From IMG/VR virus record IMGVR_UViG_3300049142_000128, positions 1 to 64,000 of that record: 64,000 nucleotides of DNA; one strand, 5' to 3'. The stretch is from a virus. Lineage: Duplodnaviria; Caudoviricetes. Below the pieces are notes generated by a model, which saw nothing but the letters and a program-made list of their open reading frames with translations, did no database searches and had not been told where the DNA came from. Shown one piece after another: positions 18,272-25,928 of the stretch. Made by a program: the position numbers and the translations under genes. Numbering within the stretch: the first letter of the stretch is position 1; every line of letters starts with the position of its first letter.

Positions 18272-19242
18272 CGGGTCTCCTCCCCCGCGAGCAGCGCCGC
18301 GAATGCCGCCGCGATCGGCTGGTCGGCCTCGTCCTCCAGCCACAGCCACTGGCCGTTCGGGTTGCACTCGAGGAACCGCCAGCTGCCGTCCGGTTCGATC
18401 ACGAAGTCGAACGCGCCGTACAGCAGGCCGAAGTGATCCAGGTAGGCCGACATCCCGAGCTGCACGTCCTGCGGGACCGTCACGGTCTCGTAGCGGAGGT
18501 TGCGGTAGTCGGCCCGCCAGTCCTCGCGCCCGGCGTCGGAGTCGGCGATCACGGCGACGGCGAACGCGGTTCTGCCGACCATCGTCACCCGCGCATCGTG
18601 GGCCTTCGGCACGCGCTCCTGGAACAGGTGCGCCGTGGCGGCGAGCTGCTCGGCGTCGATCTGGTCCGGATCGACGGTCGTGGTGAAGACCGAGGTGACG
18701 GTGTCGCCGTCGTCGAGCAGCATCGAGGAGAAGGTCTTGCAGACCAGCGGGCGGCCGATCTCCGCCGCGAACGCGCGCACCGCGTCGACGTCGTTGGTCA
18801 CGAGGGTGCGCGGCACCAGCAGCCCGACGTGCTCTGCCACGTCGAGCTGCAGGGGCTTGTACTCGGCCGGCGCGATCCGGGCGGGATGGTTCACCCAGGT
18901 CGCTGGCAGGGATGCGAGCACCCCGCCCACCCCGAGCTTGGCCTCGGTCAAGGCGAATGCCGCATCGCCGCTCTCCAGCCCGTGTGGGAGCCGGAACCGG
19001 GTGGGCCGGCGGTAGTAGACGGAGCGGACCTCGTCGAGCTCGACCGTCGCCGATGGGGTGCGGAGCCGGCCGCGCCACCGCCCCTCGGAGTTGCGGGCGT
19101 CGATCCGCATCTGGGTCGGGAAGTCGCCGGTGTCCATGCGGACGAACGGGACACGCCGATCCTTCAGGTGGGCCTCGACCAGGTCGGCGGTCGCGTCCTC
19201 GGGCGCGCTGAGCACGAGCACCGGCCCGTCGGGATCAGTCAT
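18268..19242 (-). CDS. ATP-grasp ribosomal peptide maturase (graspetide synthetase)
   Basis: SVYYRRP, KPLQL, PRTLVTND, FQERVPKAHDARVT, DWRADY, YGAFDF, FLECNPNGQW. Confidence 0.92.
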   Translation of the reverse strand: MTDPDGPVLVLSAPEDATADLVEAHLKDRRVPFVRMDTGDFPTQMRIDARNSEGRWRGRLRTPSATVELDEVRSVYYRRPTRFRLPHGLESGDAAFALTEAKLGVGGVLASLPATWVNHPARIAPAEYKPLQLDVAEHVGLLVPRTLVTNDVDAVRAFAAEIGRPLVCKTFSSMLLDDGDTVTSVFTTTVDPDQIDAEQLAATAHLFQERVPKAHDARVTMVGRTAFAVAVIADSDAGREDWRADYRNLRYETVTVPQDVQLGMSAYLDHFGLLYGAFDFVIEPDGSWRFLECNPNGQWLWLEDEADQPIAAAFAALLAGEETR

Positions 19243-19489
19243 CGACGTCGGTGTCGGTGACGGAATCGGTGGTGCGGTTGCCGTCGTTCACGGTCTCGCT
19301 GTTCGTGCGGTAGGTGTTCCTCGTCGAGGTCGTGTCGTGCTTCTTGGCCTCGATCGGCGTGGGCACGCCCAGCGTCGCGGCGAACGGTCGCAGCGGGCCG
19401 GGCCGGTTCGGCGCGAGGATCCGCACTCCACCTGGATCGCTCTGCTGGAGCAGCGCGGTGGGCGGGAACAGCGGGTCGGACGTGGCCAT
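19235..19489 (-). CDS. Graspetide RiPP precursor peptide (84 aa)
   Basis: Leader with LRPF; Thr/Ser-rich then Asp-rich core around a central NDG: HDTTSTRNTYRTNSETVNDGNRTTDSVTDTDVDD; directly upstream of the ATP-grasp gene. Confidence 0.85.
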   Translation of the reverse strand: MATSDPLFPPTALLQQSDPGGVRILAPNRPGPLRPFAATLGVPTPIEAKKHDTTSTRNTYRTNSETVNDGNRTTDSVTDTDVDD

Positions 19490-19616
19490 GAAGGTAGCCC
19501 TCCGGGTGAGCGGTTGGTGGTCTGAACGTAGCGATCGGTGCGTCAGGCGTTGGGCTGTTCGCGAAACACGCGGCCGGGCGCCGCCGGCGGAGGTACACCG
19601 GCGACGCCGGCCACGA

Positions 19617-19772
19617 TCAGGGGGGAGCGCTTCGCCGGTCTCGCTCGTCTGCGTCGACCAACCGCAGCAGCGAGCGCGCGGCGTCGGGATCTCCAACCAC
19701 CACACCGGACGACGTGACGACCAACCCGGGCGCCTCGTCGCCCTCGAACTCCCACCATCCGCCCGGGATCAT
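19617..19772 (-). CDS. Small hypothetical protein upstream of the RiPP genes
   Basis: MIPGGWWEFEGDE...; same strand, near-coupled to the upstream ORF. Confidence 0.4.
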   Translation of the reverse strand: MIPGGWWEFEGDEAPGLVVTSSGVVVGDPDAARSLLRLVDADERDRRSAPP

Positions 19773-19774
19773 GA

Positions 19775-19918
19775 TCAGACCCACGGCGTCTCCCGGCGGC
19801 CGCGGATCTCGTTTTCCTTCTCGATCCGCCGGCGGCGATCCCGCGCGCCCATGACGAGCACTGCGACCATCATGCCGCCGCCGACGACGAGCGCCACGAC
19901 CACGTATTCCCGGCTCAT
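19775..19918 (-). CDS. Small single-TM membrane protein
   Basis: YVVVALVVGGGMMVAVLVMG followed by a basic tail. Confidence 0.5.
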   Translation of the reverse strand: MSREYVVVALVVGGGMMVAVLVMGARDRRRRIEKENEIRGRRETPWV

Positions 19919-20205
19919 CGGACCCGGCCGACCGCTGCCGAGGCGTACTCGGCGAGCGGGCACGGCCAGACCTTCCGACCCGCTTGCGGGCCCGCCGGGC
20001 AGATGCGGCAATGCCCGGTGCCGTCGTCGGTGTGCTGAGCGAGCATCCGCGCAAGCGCAGCCGGCTGCCCACGGAAAAGGTCCGTGAACGCCCCTGCGAG
20101 CGGCGATATCGACGCCGCGACGATCGGCCGGCCAGCCAGCTCCGATGCGGGCTGGTTCGCAGATCTGCTCATCTCTCCGTCACATGCCTCGTCGGATGGG
20201 ATCAC
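19915..20205 (-). CDS. Small Cys/His protein, first gene of the divergent operon
   Basis: HTDDGTGHCRIC...WPCPL; start uncertain. Confidence 0.5.
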   Translation of the reverse strand: MIPSDEACDGEMSRSANQPASELAGRPIVAASISPLAGAFTDLFRGQPAALARMLAQHTDDGTGHCRICPAGPQAGRKVWPCPLAEYASAAVGRVR

Positions 20206-20339
20206 CGGCCGGCGCGGGCACTGGGGTTCGCAACCGCGCCGGCCGGGACATTCGGGGGCCGCCAGATCGGCGACAACCAGGAGTGTTCCGCCGGGACAGC
20301 AGACTGGGAGGGGATGAGATCGGGGCTGTCAAGGGGAGG

Positions 20340-20369
20340 ATTCGGGGAGACTTTGAAGCCTCCCCGAAT
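20340..20369. promoter_or_regulatory. Perfect inverted repeat, candidate operator of the Xre-TPR regulator
   Basis: ATTCGGGGAG-N10-CTCCCCGAAT between divergent operons. Confidence 0.6.
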
Positions 20370-20435
20370 GTCAGCCTGTACCCGTCCAGCTACGCGCTGT
20401 GTGACGATGACGCGCGCCTACTGGGGAGGGCGACC

Positions 20436-21746
20436 GTGGCCGAGAATGATCAACTCAGGGCGGCGCGTGAACGCACCGCGTCGCCCGCCCATCCAGGCGA
20501 GGGACTGAGCAGGCAGGAACTCGCGCAGCTCGTCAACGCCTACATCTGGGACACCCACGATAAGCGGGTCGAGGTCGACGCCAACTACATCGGCAAGCTC
20601 GAGCGAGGCGGCATCCGCTGGCCCAGCCAGCTCTACCGCGAGGCCCTCCGCGCCGTCCTGAACGTCAGCACCGACGCCGCCCTCGGGTTCGTCAACCCCC
20701 GGCGGACCGTGGTACAGAGGCCCGTGGATCGCAAGCAGTTCCTCCGCGGCGCGGCCTTCCTCGGCGCCGGCGCCATGTCCCTTCCCCCGATCGTCGCCCT
20801 GCTCGAGGGCAGCGAACCCACACCGGTGCCCCCCAAGGTCAGCGCCCGGGACGTCGAGCAGATCCACACGGCCGCCCGGGTCTTCGCGACCTGGGACCAC
20901 ACCTACGGCGGCGGTCTCGCCCGCGAGGCTGTGCAGGCGCAGCTGCGCTGGTCTGCCGGGCTCCTCGAGTCCACGGTCCCGGAGAAGCTCCGGGCCCCGC
21001 TGCTCTCCGCGGTCGGCTACCTGGCCCACACGACCGGCTTCATGGCCTTCGACGCCTACGCCCACGACGACGCGCAGCGCATCTTCCGGTACGCGCTCAC
21101 CTGCGCCGAGGAGGCCGGCGACTGGCACCTCCGCGCGAAGATCCTCTCCAGCATGGCGCGGCAGGCGATCTGGATCGGCAGGCCCGACGACGGACTCACG
21201 CTGGCCGAGTTCGCGCTGGTGCGCGCCGACCGCCTCTCCGCCACCGAGCGGGCAATGCTGCACGTGGCCCACGCCCGCGCCCTCGCGAAGATGGGCCGAG
21301 TCGGGGACACCCTCACCGCCGTCGGCGCGGCCGACGACGAGTTCGCACGCCGCAACCCAGCATCCGACGCCCCGTGGATGGCCTACTACGACGCCGCGCA
21401 GCACGCGGGCGACTCCGGCCACGCCCTGTTCGACCTGGCCGTGATCGGCCGCTCTCGGGAGGAAGCCCGCAGCCGGCTCGCGGCCGCCGTGGCGGGCCAC
21501 GGCCCGGCCTACGCCCGCTCCCGCGCGATCGCGCAGACGAAGCTGGCCAGCCTCACCATGCTGGCCGGGGACCCGGTCGAGGCCGCCACGATCGGCCGCG
21601 AGGCCGTGGAGACGGCCGGGACGCTGCGGTCCCGACGAGCCGCGGACGATCTCCGGGAGCTGGGCCGCTACGCCGGACGGCACCCGAAGGTCGCCGAGGT
21701 CGTCGAGCTCCGGCACCGGATCAGCCGGACCGTCATCGCCTCGTGA
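20436..21746 (+). CDS. XRE-HTH transcriptional regulator with TPR-like helical C-terminal domain
   Basis: NDQLRAARE...LSRQELAQLVN...YIGKLERG.IRWP; Ala-rich helical repeats; GTG start after GGGAGGG. Confidence 0.8.
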   Translation: MAENDQLRAARERTASPAHPGEGLSRQELAQLVNAYIWDTHDKRVEVDANYIGKLERGGIRWPSQLYREALRAVLNVSTDAALGFVNPRRTVVQRPVDRKQFLRGAAFLGAGAMSLPPIVALLEGSEPTPVPPKVSARDVEQIHTAARVFATWDHTYGGGLAREAVQAQLRWSAGLLESTVPEKLRAPLLSAVGYLAHTTGFMAFDAYAHDDAQRIFRYALTCAEEAGDWHLRAKILSSMARQAIWIGRPDDGLTLAEFALVRADRLSATERAMLHVAHARALAKMGRVGDTLTAVGAADDEFARRNPASDAPWMAYYDAAQHAGDSGHALFDLAVIGRSREEARSRLAAAVAGHGPAYARSRAIAQTKLASLTMLAGDPVEAATIGREAVETAGTLRSRRAADDLRELGRYAGRHPKVAEVVELRHRISRTVIAS

Positions 21747-22630
21747 GCAGCGCACCCGAGCGCGCGGCGCTCGACCTCCTCGCGGCGGCCTGCGCGCAGG
21801 TCGGGCTGGACATGGCGGGAGCCGAGATCATCCGGCTCGGTGAGAACGCGATCTTCCGGCTCCCCGGAGGTGTCGTGACCCGGATCGCGCGGCCCGGCCA
21901 GCTCGCCGCCGCGACGCGAGAGGTTCGGATCGCTCGCTGGTTCGCCGATCAAGGTGTGCGCGCGGTGCGCGCGCTGGACAGCATCGCGCAGCCGCTGAAC
22001 GTCGAGCAGCATCCGGTGACGTTCTGGGAGGAGCTGCCGCCGCACCGGCACGGCACCGTGCTCGAGGTCGCCGACGCCCTGCGCCAGCTGCACGGGCTGC
22101 CGCTCCCCGACTGCGATCTGCTCGGCCCCCTCGACCCGTTCGTCCGGCTGACCGAGCGCATCGAGGGCGGCGCCACGCTGCCCGCCGATGATCGGGCCTG
22201 GCTGCGGCAGCACCTCGCCGCGCTGCGCCAGCGCTACCAGACCCTCCCGCCGGGGCTGCCGCATCGTGTGGTGCACGGCGACGCGTGGGGCGGCAACATC
22301 GTCACCACCCACGACGGCCGGACCCTGCTCCTCGACCTCGAACGCTGCTCCGTCGGGCCGCCCGAGTGGGACCTCGTGTCGATCGCGCTCCGGCGGGGCT
22401 CGTTCGGCTGGCTCTCTGACGCCGACTACCAGGCCTTCGCGAGCCGGTACGGCCACGACGTGACGACGTGGTCTGGCTACGAGCTGCTCCGCGACATCCG
22501 CGAGCTGCGCATGGCGCTCTACCGCGTTCAGCGCGCCGCCGAGCACCCCGGCGAGCGTGGCGAGGCGCAGCTCCGGGTCGCAAGCCTTCGAGGACGGCAC
22601 GGCCCGCGACCGTGGGCATGGGGCCGCTGA
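21743..22630 (+). CDS. APH/choline-kinase-like phosphotransferase
   Basis: Brenner motif VVHGDAWGGN, LLDLE, GPPEWDL; GTGA coupling to the regulator. Confidence 0.85.
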   Translation: MSSAPERAALDLLAAACAQVGLDMAGAEIIRLGENAIFRLPGGVVTRIARPGQLAAATREVRIARWFADQGVRAVRALDSIAQPLNVEQHPVTFWEELPPHRHGTVLEVADALRQLHGLPLPDCDLLGPLDPFVRLTERIEGGATLPADDRAWLRQHLAALRQRYQTLPPGLPHRVVHGDAWGGNIVTTHDGRTLLLDLERCSVGPPEWDLVSIALRRGSFGWLSDADYQAFASRYGHDVTTWSGYELLRDIRELRMALYRVQRAAEHPGERGEAQLRVASLRGRHGPRPWAWGR

Positions 22631-22654
22631 CCGCCCCCGTCTGACCGATTGATC

Positions 22655-22685
22655 GAAGACCCCCGGCCCCGGCCAGGGGGTCTTC
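22655..22685 (+). terminator. Stem-loop terminator after the phosphotransferase
   Basis: GAAGACCCCC...GGGGGTCTTC 10-bp stem. Confidence 0.65.
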
Positions 22686-22709
22686 GTCGTTCCCGAGCCC
22701 GTCGCGAAT

Positions 22710-22761
22710 CTCTTGACGAACGCGACAAGAGTTGTGCTAGTCTCTTGTCAACAAGCAAGAG
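22710..22761 (+). promoter_or_regulatory. Promoter/operator cassette, copy 1
   Basis: TTGACG-N19-TAGTCT overlapped by CTCTTG-N10-CAAGAG and CTCTTG-N8-CAAGAG. Confidence 0.8.
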
Positions 22762-22783
22762 ACACCAACCGAGGGAGCCCCAC

Positions 22784-23086
22784 ATGATCGCCACCGCCAA
22801 CATCGCCCCCATCACCTTCTACGTCGCGTGGGCGCTCGCCCTCGTCGGCCGCACCCAGGCCGGGCAGGCCTTCTACTCGATCAAGGCCAACGGCCGCCCC
22901 ATCGGCCGCATCCAGCAGTGCCGCCGCGCGGACGGCACCGGTGGCACCGGCTTTCTGCTCGAGCTCGACGGCGAGGCGGCCACCATCCGCACTCACCTGC
23001 GCGACTGGCGCGAGGTGCGCGACGTCGTGCGCAACCCGCGCGTGTACGCCTCGGCGAACGCCGGGCGCAGGTGGCGGCTCGTGTAG
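22784..23086 (+). CDS. Hypothetical protein
   Basis: ATG after GAGGGAG, directly downstream of cassette copy 1. Confidence 0.6.
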   Translation: MIATANIAPITFYVAWALALVGRTQAGQAFYSIKANGRPIGRIQQCRRADGTGGTGFLLELDGEAATIRTHLRDWREVRDVVRNPRVYASANAGRRWRLV

Positions 23087-23161
23087 CGCCCCCGGCCCGG
23101 CCCTCACCCGGCCGGGCCTCACGCCCGCCTCCTCCCCACCCACACCGGAAGGACTCCGACC

Positions 23162-23392
23162 ATGACCCGCGCGATCACCCTCACCGACCTGCACTACACG
23201 TTCAAGCCCGTCACCGTGCCCGTCGAGCAGGTCGGCGCCGCCCTGCGCCCGTGGACGGAGCCGTGGGGCGCCCGGTTCGTCGACGTGGCCGAGGAGTTCG
23301 CCGCCGCGGTGTACGCGGGCGACGACGAGGCCGCCGGTGAGCTGGCCGGACATCTCGGCATCGGCTGGGAGGACACGCCGCAGGCCACCTGA
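23162..23392 (+). CDS. Hypothetical protein
   Basis: 76 aa ORF with GGAAGGA RBS. Confidence 0.55.
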   Translation: MTRAITLTDLHYTFKPVTVPVEQVGAALRPWTEPWGARFVDVAEEFAAAVYAGDDEAAGELAGHLGIGWEDTPQAT

Positions 23393-23448
23393 CCCCTCAC
23401 CACCCGGCCGGCCACCGGCCCACCGCTCCCGCTCGAAGGACACCGCCG

Positions 23449-24282
23449 ATGACCGCCGCCCCCGCCGCCCGCACCTTCTACGTCGGCGCCCCCGCACCCA
23501 AGTGGCTCACCCTCACCACCGTCCCCCAGTTCGTCTCCCATACGCGCCTCCGCACCCGCCGCAACCTCCCCCGCGCCGTCGCCCGGTGGGCACTCGACTC
23601 CGGCGGCTTCACCGAGCTCTCCCGCCACGGCCGGTGGACCATCACCCCCGCCGCGTACGCCACTGCCGTGCGCCGCTACCGCGACGAGATCGGCGGCCTC
23701 GACTGGGCCGCCCCGCAGGACTGGATGTGCGAGCCCGAGCAGCTCGACAACACCGGGCTCACCGTCGCCGAGCACCAGCGCCGCACCGTCGACAACTACC
23801 TCGAGCTGCGCGCCATCGCCCCCGATCTGCCGATCATCCCCGTGGTGCAGGGCTGGACCGTGGGCAGCTACCGCCGCTGCGTCGAGCTGTACGCGGCCGC
23901 CGGCGTCGACCTGCGCGCCGAGTCCGTCGTCGGCATCGGCTCCGTCTGCCGCCGGACGAACCCGGTCACGGTCGCGCTCATCGTCGACGAGCTGCGGGCC
24001 CTCGGCCTGTCCGGCCTGCACGGGTTCGGGGTGAAGTCCGACGCCCTCGCCCTGGTCGCGGGGCAGCTGTCCTCGGCCGACTCGCAGGCGTGGTCGAGCG
24101 CCGCACGGGCGCGCCGCGAGCCCTGCTCGGAGGACTCGGCCCGCCGGGACTGCCGCAACTGCATGCACTACGCCCTCGAGTGGGTGGATCAGCTGCGCAC
24201 GGCGATCCGCTGGCACGACGTGCCGACGGCTCTGCTGCCGGCGCCGCGGAACGCTGTCGACGAGCTCACCTTGTCCGCGTAA
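23449..24282 (+). CDS. TGT-fold base-exchange transglycosylase (DpdA-like deazaguanine modification family)
   Basis: TGT catalytic motifs in order: ALDSGGF, APQDWMC, PVVQG, GIGSVC, LHGFGV, SADS. Confidence 0.75.
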   Translation: MTAAPAARTFYVGAPAPKWLTLTTVPQFVSHTRLRTRRNLPRAVARWALDSGGFTELSRHGRWTITPAAYATAVRRYRDEIGGLDWAAPQDWMCEPEQLDNTGLTVAEHQRRTVDNYLELRAIAPDLPIIPVVQGWTVGSYRRCVELYAAAGVDLRAESVVGIGSVCRRTNPVTVALIVDELRALGLSGLHGFGVKSDALALVAGQLSSADSQAWSSAARARREPCSEDSARRDCRNCMHYALEWVDQLRTAIRWHDVPTALLPAPRNAVDELTLSA

Positions 24283-24305
24283 GCCAGCGCACCACCTCCG
24301 GAAGT

Positions 24306-24357
24306 TCCTTGACAGGTACGACAAGAGTTCTGTTAGACTCTTGTCAGCAAGCAAGAG
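24306..24357 (+). promoter_or_regulatory. Promoter/operator cassette, copy 2
   Basis: TTGACA-N19-TAGACT with TCCTTG-N10-CAAGAG and CTCTTG-N8-CAAGAG. Confidence 0.8.
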
Positions 24358-24378
24358 ACCGACCCTGAGGAGCTCCTG

Positions 24379-24954
24379 ATGGCCGCCACCACTGTCGCCC
24401 CCGCCGCCCGCTACATCGGCGTGACCGACGAGTGCGTTGAGTGTCAGCAGTGCGGCAAGGTCGGCCTGCGCTCCACCGTCGTCCTCGGCCTCCTCGACGC
24501 CGACGGCAACGTCGACGAGGTCACCTACTACGGCTCGGACTGCGCCGCCCGCGCCCTCGGTGTCGGCGGCGGTGCCCGCAAGGTCCTCGCCGCCGCCCGC
24601 GAGGCCGACCGCACCACTCGCGCGCTGGCCGCCGACGCCCGCGACCGGGCCGCCCACTACGGCTACGACCCGGTCACCGGCGAGATCACCACCGCCCGCA
24701 GCTTCGCTGAGATCGCCGTCCGCCGCCGCCGGCTCTACGTCGGCTCCCCGTGGGCCGCGGACATGACCTGGCAGGACTGGCAGGACGCGGCGCGCGAGAT
24801 GATCGCCCGCGACGTGGCCGCGGTCGCCGCCGAGCGGCTGCTGGACGGCGTCCGCCCCGCCGCCGCGGCCTCCGCTCCGACCGAGGAGCCGGCCGCGCCG
24901 GTGCTCGTCGACGGCGCCCCGTTCGAGCTCGCCCCGGTGGGCGCCCTGTTCTGA
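24379..24954 (+). CDS. Hypothetical zinc-binding phage protein
   Basis: CVECQQCGK...YYGSDCAARAL; GAGGAG RBS. Confidence 0.65.
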   Translation: MAATTVAPAARYIGVTDECVECQQCGKVGLRSTVVLGLLDADGNVDEVTYYGSDCAARALGVGGGARKVLAAAREADRTTRALAADARDRAAHYGYDPVTGEITTARSFAEIAVRRRRLYVGSPWAADMTWQDWQDAAREMIARDVAAVAAERLLDGVRPAAAASAPTEEPAAPVLVDGAPFELAPVGALF

Positions 24955-24958
24955 AGAT

Positions 24959-25010
24959 CTCTTGACGAGCACGTCAAGAGACGTGCTAGACTCTTGTCAG
25001 CAGTCAAGAG
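24959..25010 (+). promoter_or_regulatory. Promoter/operator cassette, copy 3
   Basis: Perfect CTCTTGACG-AGCA-CGTCAAGAG palindrome over the -35; TAGACT -10; second CTCTTG-N8-CAAGAG. Confidence 0.8.
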
Positions 25011-25021
25011 AAGGGACTACC

Positions 25022-25234
25022 GTGGACAAGGACACGAAGAAGGTCCTCGAGGAGGCCGAACGGCAGGGCTTCACCACCCGCCGAACCTCCCGAGGACACA
25101 TCCAGGTCCGCGACCAGAACGGGCAGATCGTCGCCGTGTTCTCCGGCACGGCGAGCGATCACCGCGCGCTCCGGAACGGGATCGCGCAACTCAAGCGGGC
25201 CGGCTTCGTGTGGCCGAGGAAGGGGAAGGGGTGA
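25022..25234 (+). CDS. HicA-like toxin (dsRBD-fold mRNA interferase)
   Basis: 70 aa basic protein, AERQGF...TSRGH...V.VFSGTASDHRALRNGIAQLKRAG. Confidence 0.6.
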   Translation: MDKDTKKVLEEAERQGFTTRRTSRGHIQVRDQNGQIVAVFSGTASDHRALRNGIAQLKRAGFVWPRKGKG

Positions 25235-25413
25235 GCATGAGCGGCATCCTCCCGCGGCGCTGCATCGATGGCGACGAGGTGGACGCGCACTCGCGCCGCT
25301 CCCGCCGCATGCTCCGCTGGAAGCCCGGCGAGCTGGCCGCGATCAAGCGCCGCACCAACAAGCGCGAGCGCCGCGAGGGCCGCGCCGAGACTCGGAAGGA
25401 GACCGGAGCGTGA
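25231..25413 (+). CDS. Small basic hypothetical protein
   Basis: Coupled by 4-nt overlaps between the toxin-like and antitoxin-like genes. Confidence 0.5.
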   Translation: MSMSGILPRRCIDGDEVDAHSRRSRRMLRWKPGELAAIKRRTNKRERREGRAETRKETGA

Positions 25414-25925
25414 CCACGCACGCCGTGCACCTCACCACCGACGTCGACCACGTCACCGACGACCAGCTCGACGACCTCGTCGACGCCCTCGCCCCCTGGA
25501 GCGGGGTTCCCTCCATGCTCGACGGGCGCCTCTCCGTGCAGCTCACGATCGACGGCCCCGGCATCGGCGAGGTGTCGCTCTTCGCCATGAGCCGCGTGGC
25601 GAACACCATCAGCGCGACGCTCAAGCGCTCTCAGCTCGGCATCACCGGACTCGAGATCCTCGACCAGTACGAGTTCGACCGCCGCCTCGAGGACCGCCCG
25701 CCCCTCGACGACCTCATCCCCACCGCCCAGGCCGCTGAGATCCTCGGCGTCAAGCGGCAGCGCGTCGACCAGCTCGCCAAGTCATTCGAGAACTTCCCCC
25801 GGCCCGTCCGCCGCGGCCGCGTCCTGCTCTGGCCGGTCCCCGCGCTCCGCGAGTTCCTTGCCGAGTGGGACCGCAGCCCTGGCCCGAAGCGGACCGGGCA
25901 CGCGGAGTCCCCCAAGCCGAGCTGA
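25410..25925 (+). CDS. HicB-like antitoxin / AlpA-type HTH DNA-binding protein
   Basis: Acidic alpha/beta N-terminus; C-terminal LIPTAQAAEILGVKRQRVDQLAK..NFPRPV...LW. Confidence 0.6.
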   Translation: MTTHAVHLTTDVDHVTDDQLDDLVDALAPWSGVPSMLDGRLSVQLTIDGPGIGEVSLFAMSRVANTISATLKRSQLGITGLEILDQYEFDRRLEDRPPLDDLIPTAQAAEILGVKRQRVDQLAKSFENFPRPVRRGRVLLWPVPALREFLAEWDRSPGPKRTGHAESPKPS

Positions 25926-25928
25926 CGC

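Noticed and set aside
20436-22630. True arbitrium (AimR/AimP) system
   Set aside because: The HTH is N-terminal and no adjacent short secreted pro-peptide with a signal sequence was found; only an analogy is retained.
21743-22630. Aminoglycoside resistance gene
   Set aside because: The APH-like fold is shared by many actinomycete kinases coupled to Xre regulators; no evidence for an antibiotic substrate.
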